A stretch of 63,576 nt of DNA, filler included, from Reticulomyxa filosa (taxonomy: Eukaryota > Protista > Foraminifera), in assembly GCA_000512085.1 (NCBI GenBank). It is 20 parts of 20 records of this genome, joined end to end, with 100 filler letters (N's around TTAATTAATTAA, not from the genome) between each part and the next. Parts side by side here need not be neighbours in the genome. Positions count along the whole stretch, not along the records: positions 47,411 to 48,511 come from ASPP01017522.1; positions 48,612 to 52,675 come from ASPP01004268.1; positions 52,776 to 53,839 come from ASPP01035981.1; positions 53,940 to 57,766 come from ASPP01041297.1; positions 57,867 to 60,484 come from ASPP01002463.1; 15 more parts are not named here. One strand, given 5' to 3'. This document shows positions 47,411-59,064 of this stretch, piece by piece. Positions within the stretch are counted from its first letter, which is position 1. Each line of letters begins with the position of its first letter. Under the pieces are notes generated by a model. It saw nothing but the letters and a program-made list of their open reading frames with translations. It was not told the DNA's origin and did not search any database. The position numbers and the translations under genes are program-made.

Positions 47411-47661
47411 GACATCGGCCGGCCCGACAGCGCGTTCGAGGGCATTTCGTCGAAGAAATAGGACACGGGAACGTCCAGGACCTTGGCGAACTCGAACAGG
47501 CGGCTGGAGCCGATCCGGTTGGAGCCCCGCTCGTACTTCTGGATCTGCTGGAAGGTCAGGCCGACCGCTGTCCCAAGCTTCTCCTGGCTCATGCCGAGAA
47601 GAGTACGCCGCTGGCGCATGCGCGCTCCGACGTGAACATCAACGGGATGCGATCTCGCCAT
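47411..47661 (-). CDS. Bacterial XRE-family HTH transcriptional regulator (3' partial)
   Basis: HPVDVHVGARMRQRR.LLGMSQEKLG..VGLTFQQIQKYERG.NRIG.SRL is the alphaproteobacterial type. A purine-rich Shine-Dalgarno-like stretch lies upstream. Confidence 0.92.
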
Positions 47662-47845
47662 GGATACCCTTTCTCCTCTCCAAACCAGCTAAACGCCGAT
47701 ACGGCCCAATGATGGCCGAATGGCGTGCAGCGCCATTTCATCCTGATGTGCAAAAATGCATATCTACACGCGCAAGCTGCATATTACTTAAGCGCGCCCC
47801 AAAAATAATGCAAGCCGGACGTATCCCGTTAAGACTTTGAATCTC

Positions 47846-48511
47846 TTATTTTTTCGCTCGAATGAATCGAGACGAAACAAAAAGAATTGCCAGCGCGACG
47901 GACAGAAGCGCGGCCAACGCACCATCGCCCCAACGGCCGTAGGGCGTCGGTTCGCGCGCGGCGGGGATCCGATGGTCGATGACGCCGTCCTGTTGCATGT
48001 CGAGCGCGGCGAGAACGCGGCCGTAGGCGTCGATCACGGCCGAGACTCCCGTGTTGGCGGCGCGGAGCATGGGAAGCCCCTCCTCCACAGCCCGCAGGCG
48101 CGCACTGGCGAGATGCTGATAGGGGCCGCTGGACAGGCCGAACCAGGCATCATTGGTCACGTTGAGAAGCCAGCGCGGCCGCGCCCCCGGACCGGTGACG
48201 GCGGCCGGGAAGATCACCTCGTAACAGATGATCGGCGAGAAGGACGGCAGGCGCGCCAGGTCGAGCGTCACGCGCGATTCGCCGACCTCGAACGAGCCCC
48301 GTCCGATGAAGCCCGAAACCGGGGCGAGCTGTTTGTGGAACGGAATGTATTCGCCCAGGGGGACGAGATGGACCTTGTCGTAGGTGGCGACGATCTCGCC
48401 AGCCCCATCGATGACCAGCAGCGAGTTCCAGACGCCGTCCTCGCGGTTGCCGGTGCCACGCGCCGCACCAGTGAGAAGGTAGCCGCCGGGCGGCACGGCC
48501 CTTGCCATCAC
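47846..48511 (-). CDS. lnt: Bacterial apolipoprotein N-acyltransferase (5' partial)
   Basis: YDKVHLVPLGEYIP, ICYEVIFP, NVTNDAWFG..SGPYQH, RAVEEG and RAANTGVSA. Confidence 0.95.
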   Translation of the reverse strand: MMARAVPPGGYLLTGAARGTGNREDGVWNSLLVIDGAGEIVATYDKVHLVPLGEYIPFHKQLAPVSGFIGRGSFEVGESRVTLDLARLPSFSPIICYEVIFPAAVTGPGARPRWLLNVTNDAWFGLSSGPYQHLASARLRAVEEGLPMLRAANTGVSAVIDAYGRVLAALDMQQDGVIDHRIPAAREPTPYGRWGDGALAALLSVALAILFVSSRFIRAKK

Positions 48512-49691
48512 NNNNNNNNNNNNNNNNNNNNNNNNNNNNNNNNNNNNNNNNNNNNTTAATTAATTAANNNNNNNNNNNNNNNNNNNNNNNNNNNNNNNNN
48601 NNNNNNNNNNNTGGACACAATTTACACAATCATCAAATGAGAACTCTTTTTCCCATTATTTTGACTAGTTAACATTTTTTTACTTTTGATTGGTTACAAA
48701 CCTTCTGCACTCACAAAGGAGTCCAATAACAGGGTCATCTTTGATGTATTGAGATATCACTTGTTTGTGTTTTATATTTTTTGAGGGATATCTAATCTTC
48801 GTCCTTCAAAGAAAGATGCTAGTATTATTTTTTATATTTTTTTAATAAATTCCCTTTTACCCTTTTTTTTTGTCCGACAAAGTTATCACGTTCGATTAAT
48901 AAGAAGCAAACACCAGAATAAAATTGTCTTCACAAAAGTCAGTGCAACCAACTCACATAGCCAGACAAAAGGCGAACAAAAAAAAAAGAGGTTATAATCT
49001 ACGATATTTCGCTGATTATTCCTTGATAAAAGTTAATTCATAATTAAAAACATTAGACAGCAGAGAATGAAAGGGTCATTGCCAGTAGTTCTTTGGCTTC
49101 AAAAAAAACAGTAGATTGCAAGAATCAGTGTGTTTGGAGTGACACTATCGAGATAAAATTAACAAATGAAAGAAACAAGGAAATTTATCAGATTGTTCTT
49201 TGCCAATAATGCGATTGATATGTGGCATGAATGATATCTTAGTAGTTGGTCATGACGTCTCAAAGCATCTCGCTTGGTTCACCTCCCCCCAATGCTACGG
49301 CTCATTTAACTAGTAAAAATTTTTTATAACATGTCTTGTGCACACGAAAGACTGAAATGCACTTATTGCTTATGTTCATACTCGATCAGCCATTTTGCTA
49401 GTTGACTGCAAACACTGTTGAAAGTTCCTTTTTCGACATTGCCTAAACTGATCGCTTTGACAAAAATTGTCGGTCTTGCAGACACTTTATTATTCGTAAA
49501 TTTTTCTCGATTTGTTTCTTTCATTTTCTTTGTTACCACAAGAATTAAGATTTATTTGTTTTGTCACGACCTCAAAAGAAAAAAGCAAGCTATCAGAGAA
49601 TTTTCACTAAAAAAAAGACCAAAATTGGGTTAAATTCATTAGATGTGACAAACCAACTTACACTCTTTTAAATTTGTTGACAAACCGGATC

Positions 49692-49906
49692 ATTATACAT
49701 AAAAAAATTAAAAAAATGGAACTGAGCCCTTTGACGTCCTTTAAAGCGATATGATTTTTATTTGTTAAAAAAAGAAAATATAACATTTAATCCCAGCTCC
49801 AAATACAGAAATATAACCAAAATTAAAATACTGTCAGAAAATATTAGACAATAGAAAAGACGTTCAAAAAGGGTGTAGTTCCATTTTTTAATTTTTTATC
49901 TATAAT
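49692..49906. mobile_element. MITE-like element of about 215 bp with imperfect terminal inverted repeats of about 50 bp
   Basis: Left arm attatacataaaaaaattaaaaaaatggaactgagccctttgacgtc; reverse complement of right arm attatagataaaaaattaaaaaatggaactacaccctttttgaacgtc. A related arm occurs near 55750-55785. Confidence 0.6.
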
Positions 49907-52775
49907 CTGTTGGCCATCTTCTCTAGTTTTGAAAGACAAATAGCAAACCAACTTTACAAACTTGTTGAAGCTAACTTGACAAAAATCTGTTGAATAGACC
50001 AAAAGAGTTTTAAGTCAAGTAGCAAGTAATCACACTTAGCTGTTGGATGACGTCTTACAAAGAGACATCAAACTATCTGTTGACTGATGTTTCAGTGGTA
50101 AATATTCAAGTGTCAACTTCACTATATGTTATACAATCCTGCTGAGAGCATTTCTGGACTTGGTCGTGCAAACTTGCAAACATGTAATGACATAATGTCA
50201 TCAAGTGCAGAAAAGTGTGAAGCTATTTTTAAAAAACGAAAATATGTATTATTGTATTTGAGAAGACAGTGATGTTTACATCAAAAAATAGCAATGTCTT
50301 ATGATCACTGAAGAGATTCTGTTGTGTTAACTATGCACATGTTGAATTTAACAGATAGGTAACTCCTTATTCAAAGCATTTTCCTTTCGACAAGTTTATG
50401 TTATTTGTTTGACAGGCACCAAAAATTTGTTAACACAATCAAAAAACATTCAACTCGAGTGCTTGTTTCCGAATATAAAGTGTTTGTTATGACTACTCCA
50501 ATGACAAACTCAAATTCGGTGTTTGGTGAGCTGAGCCTAATCAACGTAACTTTTTTCATTGCATCACCTTGTTTGCTTGGTTTGTTTAAATAGCCACTTG
50601 AATGGGACTCAGTTGCAACAAAATACCTTTTTTGAAACTATGTTAGTAAGTTCAATGAAAGCTATTAACTCACAATTTAAATAATCTGCACAAAGATTAG
50701 AGGAAAAAATAGCAATTGTGCATGTACAAAATAAAAAAAAAGACAAGCTATTATAAAATTAATCCTCTTATTTTAAAATTTTGAATAAAACGCTGCTTTC
50801 ATCAAGTTCTCTTTTTATTTCTTAAAAAAATAACCTTTTGCGGACGTAATCTTGTCGACTGTAAAACGGAAACTAGGAAATTCAGTTTAACAACTACGCA
50901 AACCCCATTTTATTGTATGCTTAATTTATTAACTTTGAAATTTGAATGCTTATTTGCATTGCTACTAATTTGCTATCGAAAGAACATGACCAAAGATGCG
51001 TCGTTTTATTGGTGTATATCTTGTCTCAGAGTATACGCTCAAACCATGAATCCTGTTACACTGTTCATTTTGTCCTATTATATCTTATGGTCAGTATATA
51101 CAACGCCGATCGAATCCGTAGGTATGCACACGATGAAAAAACACTAACTTTTTTAATTTAAAAAAAAAAGGTAGATTAAGGCATTGCCAATGTTTTTTGT
51201 ATTTTTAAAATTGAAGATTTGAAGGGTGTAATGAAAAAAGGACGATAGTGAAGAGGAATGAAATGTAAAAAATTATTTTTATGTATGGAAAGAAAATTTG
51301 TGTCAATGCATAATGTGCAATGTATGTTAAAAACAAACAAACCAAAAAAAAAAGAAGCAGTTAAAGCAGTCGAGAGCGAGATAGGTGAAAGACAATGTAT
51401 GAACAAATCTGGCAATATGTCCTTCAACTAATCTCGTTACACGTTATTCACATTCTCAAATATGGTTTTATTATATGCATGTTATGCATACGCTTAGTTT
51501 TGGCAATGTACGTATCAATATTATTATTAATATCAAAAGTGTAACAAACACGTTTTCACAAACAAACTCGTCTTCATATTCTTTTCTCAATGTTCACATT
51601 CATATATTTTATGTATACCAGTTTGCGAACATGCATGAATGCACACACGCACACACACACACACACAAATAGAAACTTCCGGAAAAAAGTGCGTGGGTAA
51701 TATTGATGGTGGCATTCGATAGCAAATGCAAGAAAAACATGCCAATGTTGTCGGGAGCATGTTACCATTTACTTATTCCTTGCATGTTCAATTACGTCTG
51801 TTGCAACGTGAAATTTGTCCCTCCATGCACACATACCAAAAATGTAAGCCATTGCACTTTTTTTTTTTTTTGTTGTATGTGTTTATTTGTTAGTTCACAT
51901 CTATCCCCCTCCCCCCCCTCCCCTTCTTCTTTTCTGCTTGAAACATTCATATACTTACACATGCAAAAAAAAAAAGTTTAAATTGACGGAAAAGCATTCT
52001 AATGAATCGAAGTATTGTAAGTATGTACAAATGTATTTGTGTATTTTATTCCATTGATTTGACTAAAAAGTGTGAAACATTTGGTTGATTTGAATGACAG
52101 CAACAAGTGTTGGAACAGTTTTTGTTTTTTTTTTTTTAAATGTGAATAATAGATATTCCTTTGTCATGAGCAAATACAATAACCAAAAAATTAATCTGAA
52201 GTGAATTTAGTGATGAAATTTTGTATGAAGGAAAAGATAATGTCGAAATTGTGGAGGAAGTCATTATTAAATATTATTATTTCAAATTAAAATTAATTTA
52301 TAAATACAAACTTCAAGCACAACAAATAAATAATAATAAAAAAAAAAAAGAACACTCAAAAATTAAATTACTGCAATGAACAACGAAATCTGGAATCTTG
52401 ATCAAATGAAATGTAGTTCCATCTATATCAAGCAAACAAAGGTGTGATTGAATTAAAACACAACGATATTATAAAGATGAAATGACTGAACTGGAACTAT
52501 CGAAGCACTGCGCTTATGACGGCCGTTTTCCATGATCGTAGTGTTACTGTAGAGGATCGGAAGCAATTACACACCATCCAGGTGATTGCTTGTATATCCT
52601 CTATTCTTTCATAAATGCAGGCCACTATAAGGGGATGCAATGCATCCCTAAGCGCGTGAATATCTACTGGCACAANNNNNNNNNNNNNNNNNNNNNNNNN
52701 NNNNNNNNNNNNNNNNNNNTTAATTAATTAANNNNNNNNNNNNNNNNNNNNNNNNNNNNNNNNNNNNNNNNNNNN

Positions 52776-53780
52776 TTTGTGTTTGCTGTTTTTTTTTCTG
52801 TAATGGGGATTTGCGGAAGATCTTTTTATGGATTCTTGGCTTGCAATGCAGAGATTGTCTGCTTCTCGTATAATATTGGTTGTGTTAGTGTCATCGATTG
52901 GAATGTTTTAGAATATTCGCTAAGTGATGTGAATTTCATGCAGGTCGTACGTATTGCATTTTCGGAACGTTGTTTATCATTTGTCTGTTTTTGATTTTTT
53001 GTGAATGTGAGAGAAATTCGAAACAATTGTTGCAATGAGTTTGGTGGGTTATTTGGCGATATGGATTAGATTTATGTCAGACCAGGAGAATTGGTTGTCT
53101 ATTTGTGCAGGCGCTGTGTTGACTTGTTCATTCCGATCTGCTGTTAATGCGATGTGGGCGCATTTGGCATGCATGTTGTTGGTTGATCTCCCTTGAATAA
53201 AGTTTTCTTGCAATAGATGCAAATGATTCGATTGTACTTTTGGAAAAATTCTTTTGAAATTGTTCTAACCAGCTGGCCGGTTGCATGTTTGTCGACATGT
53301 ATGAATAATGCATGTGTCTTTTGGGAATGTGTTGCCGCAGTTGGGGACTGGACAGACTTGTTTGATGTGGATATGACGGTCGGTTTGCTGTTGCCCATTG
53401 TCCAGGTCCATATAGTTGATGGGGTCGAATTCACTTTCGTGTTCGGTGGTATTCTCCTATTACATGTTATCTGGATACTTTTCTTCCTCTTTATTGTTCG
53501 ATGGATTGCTAGTGATGGAATATGGTTTGTGGTTGACTTTCAGTTCATGAAAGAACATTTGTAGTTTAATATTCCTTGATTTATGATTCCTTCTTCATCG
53601 TCGCACGATTGATGGGGATCCCGATATTTTTGTGACTTGTTGCATATACCAATCCTGGATATGTTCTGTCCGTCCATGCGCAATCCCGGATGGTCAATGA
53701 GCTTGTTATTGTTGTCCTGTGTGTGGGTGATAGTTTTCGAGTGAACTTGATTGTGTAGACAATGTGACCTCTTAACGACA
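52776..53780 (-). pseudogene. Decayed retroelement-like ORF (possibly the pre-RT region of a CRE/SLACS-type non-LTR element)
   Basis: Intronless coding-like strand broken by stops. Cys/His clusters and SEYSKTF......TISALQAKNP resemble the SKA...L..KHP motif that precedes RT in such elements. Confidence 0.35.
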
Positions 53781-54269
53781 TGTAATTATTTGATATAGGT
53801 ATAAAATGTGCATTGCTATGAATACGTTCGACTATTGTTNNNNNNNNNNNNNNNNNNNNNNNNNNNNNNNNNNNNNNNNNNNNTTAATTAATTAANNNNN
53901 NNNNNNNNNNNNNNNNNNNNNNNNNNNNNNNNNNNNNNNATATATATATATATATATATATTCAGACACAAAGGAAATGGTTAAATTGATGTTAAAAAAC
54001 AAACTATATGTCCAATGAAAGGAATTAAATATACAATTGATTATGTGAAAAGACAAATTGGTTGACAAAGATGGTGTAATCAAAATCATTGATGGAAAAA
54101 GTTATAAAAGTATTGGAGGGAGGCGCAGCATTCTTATTGTGATTGGATCAGAAAGGATTAAAAGAAACAGTAAGCAAATATAGTCTAGTGTATTTGGGCT
54201 GTCAGTCGAAATGTCATATTCATTAAAGCGGAAAACTCAAAAGAAAAAAATATCATTGAATGAGGTCGC

Positions 54270-55615
54270 CAGCGTGGCCTTGTTTGTCATCTCCGTCGCC
54301 GTCCAGCGTGGGCAGCATCTTCGTCACTGGCATCGTCACGTTATATGGCTCGTATCTTGTGTCCAGGCCGCAAGAGTCGTGCAATGCATTTGCCGGCGAA
54401 AAGAACATTACGGCCGCCGCTTTGTCGTATGCCGGCTTTTCAGTTGCCAGTTTCACCAACAAAATCATCAAACAAAGCACGGATGACTAATGACGCCGAA
54501 GCTTCCTTTCATACTTTTTTTTTTTTTGAAGGAGTAATTTTTCTTGTTAATTAACATGACTGCCAGTTGGACCGAACAAAGACTTTTGTAAATCAGTAGT
54601 CTTTTTTTTAAATTGCAAGTAATATATTGTTGTTGAAAGTGATCAATATTACGCCCCTACGATACAAGCACACTATACTTGGTACGTACAGTTTTACAGT
54701 CAATTTCTTTGTACAAATTTTAAACTTTTTTCCCTTCCATGCAACATAGCATCAACAGAATAGCTACTTTACAAAAAAAAACAAAACAATCCCCTTCATA
54801 TACTTGAACACCAAGCGTTACGTAGGGCAAGGCGTTCACTTTTTTGGAAGGGTTTTCGCGTCATGAACCAGCTTTTCATGCCAACGCCACACAAGGCGCC
54901 AACTATCCATAACGTATAGCTAAAAAAAAACAAAAATGGGTGACGAAAGGACGATACAAATGTAGCAAAGTTTGGTAAACTGAGAATTTAGTGGATATGT
55001 GATAACGTAGTGGAAAACAAAAAGGATTGATGTATTGTTGTAATTTCCGCCAACATTGTGAATACACATTTAATTTTTGTTTTTTTTTTGGAGAGATTGA
55101 TTTTTCTCTAGCTGTCCATTAAATAACTACTTCCTCACCCTTTTTTCGCATAATGACAATTATTTTTGGTCCAACTCCTACAACAATTACACATTTGGTA
55201 GATCTAATAATCTCAACTTTTTTTATTGTATTCGTATTTTTTTTTATTTCGAAAAATCTTTCGAACGGGACGTAATAAATCTCAACTTTCTTTACTCACT
55301 TTCGACTGAGAACCAGAGAAAGAAGAGAAAAAGGGCCAGCAACTAAAAAAACATGGCAATTAACAGCAAGTCAAAGTTATTTCTGTGACCGATTGGACAG
55401 GGTCATAAAGGTGCTCACAGTGATATATTTGGTATTTTGTCGCAAAGTGCTGATGAGAATTATCATAAACGGTACAAAAGTCAATATTTTGACAGTCTCG
55501 AAAAAAATTCAAAGCCTCTCAAATGATTACCTAGATAAAAACCTTTGTAAGCTGTTCTTTGATGCTGCCTGATTGTTTTGAATATCTTGGGTATATAGAT
55601 CTAAAATATTTTTCA
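54270..55615 (+). repeat. Segmental duplication, copy A (decayed Serinc 3' fragment plus about 1.1 kb of flank)
   Basis: Colinear high identity to 58873-60010, e.g. ttgtttgtcatctccgtcgccgtccagc, gtaatttccgccaacattgtgaatacac, tatttggtattttgtcgcaaagtgc. Confidence 0.88.
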
Positions 55616-56814
55616 ACGAAAAAAAAGATCATTAGAGTCTTGAACTCTTTCGACCACTTTCGTACACAGAATCTCTTCGGCAATCCGGAAGTGTAAATTC
55701 TATCCTTGAAAACTTTGGAAACAACGAAGAAAACAAATGATGCAACATAAAAAAATAAAAAATCTGGAACTAGACCCTTTTTAAGGAACTCTCCAACTCA
55801 TCATAATTTTTCAATTTAAAAAGATTTTTTTATTTATTCATTTGTCAAATCTATGATTATTGAGTTGTTTCTTCACTTTGTATTATTGTTCGAAATAAAT
55901 GTGACAAAACAGTAAACAAGCTTTGTCATCATAATAACACATTGAGATAATAATATAAATTTTGTCCTTCTTGTTTTCAATATCTCACAAGAATTGCATG
56001 ATATTTTATCGACAATAATAACAGCAATTCATTATTTTTCCTTCAAAAATTTTCAATATGGTACATGCATCTCATTTTCATCATACATTAACCACAAGTT
56101 TATCATTTCTGAAATTATATTACTACATAGAGGAGCAAAAAGAGAGAAAAGATTAACAATTCACAATATCTTTAAGTTAATTGGTAATGTAATAATATAT
56201 ATGCATGCATCCGATATGGAATTAGAAACCAATTGAAGATGCAATCGATTCTGCAGATAGATATGTTGACAATTGTCACACATCTTATGTAATTATGATA
56301 TTGTCTATTTTTATTCTGTTCTTTGTGATCCATTGTTGTTTCTTCAACCGAAAAACAGTTTTCTCTGATCCAACAACAATGTGCTTTCTAGGAGCAAGAA
56401 AGCGAGTACTTTTGCTACAGTGAGGTTCAAAGGCAAACGCATTCTATATTATGCGAAATACTGTAGTTATTTTGAATATGAAATTAATGTCATTCAATAT
56501 ATGATTTTTGATATTAAAAGCATAGTCAAATGGTTTGCTTTTTGAAAATGAATTAAAATCTGTTTTTATGATGCATATTCAACAATTTTTGATAGAAAGT
56601 TTGTTTCGTTTAGATCATTCACATTGGTTTTTTACTTCAACCCCACACTTTCTTTTTTTCTTATGGCCACGTAGACACGCTGCAATTGTTTTTTAAGATT
56701 GTAAGTCAAACACGTTCAAAAAAACCAAGAGTACTTTTAAAGAATAGCATTGAACATACAAAAACAAAAGCATTGTAACTGCAATAAGAACGAAAGCGCC
56801 ATGACTGTCTTTGC

Positions 56815-57090
56815 TAAAACTCTTTCATATATGTACCGATTGAAATTCTTTCATTCTTCCAATTACGGACCGTCGCAATTGTCAAGTATGAAAGAAGTGG
56901 ACTCGAAACAAGAATGAAAGAGTCTCAATCGTCAAGTATGAAAGACCTTTAATCGGTAAAAGAATGAAAGAATTACAACGATACAAATATGAAAGAGTTG
57001 TAGCATAGGCAATGCAAGCGACAAGTATGAAAGAATTGCAATCGGTACAAGAGTGAATACAAATCAAGATGTAAGTATGAAAGCATTGAA
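56815..57090. repeat. Array of CAAG(T/A)ATGAAAGA cores with variable spacers (period about 24-26 bp) plus two inverted copies at 56820-56858
   Basis: About seven direct cores at 56883-57085 and inverted tctttcat cores immediately upstream. Confidence 0.75.
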
Positions 57091-57230
57091 ACAGTCAAGC
57101 AAACTTGAATATGATTTGATACGTTATGTTATTGTATTTTATGTTTATATTTTATTTGTATCGTATCTTATATTCAAAAAAACATTATTCAACAACGATG
57201 AGAAATATAAGTACAATTTTATTTCTCTGG

Positions 57231-57310
57231 GCAATCTATGCCATTTGGAGGCAATGCGATATTTTCGCAACTTCTTTTTAGAAGACTGGGTTCGAATCCC
57301 AGAGATTGCG
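57231..57310 (+). tRNA. Atypical type II (long variable arm) tRNA-like gene or pseudogene, G73 discriminator, non-canonical anticodon loop
   Basis: Acceptor GCAATCT/AGATTGC; D arm GCC-ATTTGGA-GGC; anticodon arm TGCG-ATATTTT-CGCA; variable arm CTTCT-TTTT-AGAAG; T arm CTGGG-TTCGAAT-CCCAG. Confidence 0.7.
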
Positions 57311-57662
57311 ATATATAAATAACATAAAACTTTGACAAGTGAAATACATAATTTTAATTGTGTTACAAAGATAATTTGAATATGGAATTTATTTTCATCT
57401 AGTTAAGCAATTTATATAAAAAATATAATTGAAAGGATATTAATATGATCAACAAATTCAGGTGTTCAATTAACATACAAATATTGTATGACCATTGTAA
57501 AATATTAGACATTTAATTAAAAGTAATGACATTGGTGATGATTCAAATGATAATACAATCCTTTTTGTGATGAAGATAAAGATCAAGGAATAAGTCTTAA
57601 ATTGTATCGTCAAAAAGAAAAAAATAATGAACAAAAATCAAACTACTTCATGGTTTCTTAAC

Positions 57663-57766
57663 ATGGGTAATCAAAACACAACCCCCTTTCAAAGTTTAAA
57701 GGAGTTGCCCACTCCACTAAAACAATCTCAATGTGTGCCACACAAACACGAACTCCTCATTTGTGG
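57663..57766 (+). CDS. Kelch-like repeat protein, N-terminus only
   Basis: MGNQ..TPFQSLKELPTPL..SQCV.HKHELLICG is a first Kelch blade. Confidence 0.6.
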
Positions 57767-58544
57767 NNNNNNNNNNNNNNNNNNNNNNNNNNNNNNNNNN
57801 NNNNNNNNNNTTAATTAATTAANNNNNNNNNNNNNNNNNNNNNNNNNNNNNNNNNNNNNNNNNNNNAAATGAAAGATTAAAATTTTTGAAAAAATTGGAA
57901 AGACTTAATAAAAAACCAAAATGATATTTGAAAACTACACGATTTGTAGATATTTTTTTAAATTAAAAAAAATTTAATGTTGTTTTTTCGTGGAGAAACA
58001 CAATTATCTCTATAAGGTGGCATTTTAGGTGTCAACTTTCTTTTTTATCTTACTGTAATATCACTGTGACAATGTTGCGTCAAATGTAAACAATTATTGT
58101 AAAAATTGGTTGAAACACTAAGTCTGTCATTTATGAATTTTTTCTCTTTGATTATTAGATAAGTCAGAAATTAGACAAATTTTTTGTACATAACATCAAC
58201 TTTTAATGTTTGTTATATATGAAATAGAAATTTGCCGTTTTCTTTTTGTTTGTACTTTCAGCGCAATTTTTACAATGTGTTGTAGTACGTTTTTGTTATT
58301 TTAAATTTTTCAATAGAATGCAGATTTCAAATTTATTTCATCATTTTTATTGATAAAAAAAATGAAACACAAATGAAATAAACAAAACAAACAAAGTCAC
58401 ATTAGCGTAGAAAAAGTCTACGTCAAAAATGCTTGAAATAGTTACTTTCAAGCCTTTTTTATTTGTTTGTGCCTGTTTTATGGTAAAAATATCAAGAAGC
58501 TTATGTTTGAAGTTAATCTAACATATCTTCCAATATCCTAAGTT

Positions 58545-59064
58545 AAGGTATTTTTGACAATAAAACTTTTGTGTTTGTTTCCAAACGACTTTTACCAGGA
58601 CTATGCCGAATTGCGAGAGCGGTATCAGTAATATTGTTAATCCTCCAAGTGCTAATGCCCATGAATTGGGCATGTGACGTGAGCGATAACGTGTTGGGAT
58701 CAGAGAAACGTGAAGAAAATGATAATAAATGCAAAATCAAATGTTATCAAACGATGTTGGTTGTTGCGACGTTATTCTTAATATGCGTCACGGTTACTCT
58801 AGGGCATTGATGTTTGTCGGATTTGGCAAGACGGGATGCACGACCAGCAAAGTATTGATTTATATTATTATGATCACCTTGGCATTGTTTGTCATCTCCG
58901 TCGCCGTCCAGCATGGTAGCATCTTCATCACTGGGCATCTTCACGTTATATGGCTCGTATCTGTGTTACAACTGCTTGCAGCCCAGGCTGCAAGAGTCGT
59001 GCAATGCATTTACCGGCGAAAAGAGCACTTAATTTGTGTTGGCATCTTGATAATTTTTCTGTAA
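58545..59064 (+). pseudogene. Serinc family pseudogene fragment (start of duplication copy B, which runs to about 60010)
   Basis: Y(C)RIAR..S..L..LQVL...NWA..V, ISVAVQHGSIFITG and frameshifts. Homologous to 26279-26760. Confidence 0.65.

Noticed and set aside
47411-48511. Horizontal transfer of lnt into the host
   Set aside because: The whole contig is bacterial, with no host-like flank or introns.
47837-48559. 240-aa plus-strand ORF
   Set aside because: Antisense shadow of lnt in high-GC DNA.
50985-51990. Possible small multi-exon secreted or thioredoxin-like gene
   Set aside because: A consistent spliced frame and a CxxC motif could not be established.
55480-55500. aatattttgacagtctc resembling the U4 snRNA Sm-site region
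   Set aside because: No upstream U4/U6 pairing region or K-turn is seen, and the segment is not conserved in the duplicate copy near 59890.
56883-57085. CRISPR-like repeat-spacer array
   Set aside because: Cores of about 13 bp and spacers of about 12 bp are too short and degenerate, there are no cas genes, and the context is eukaryotic.
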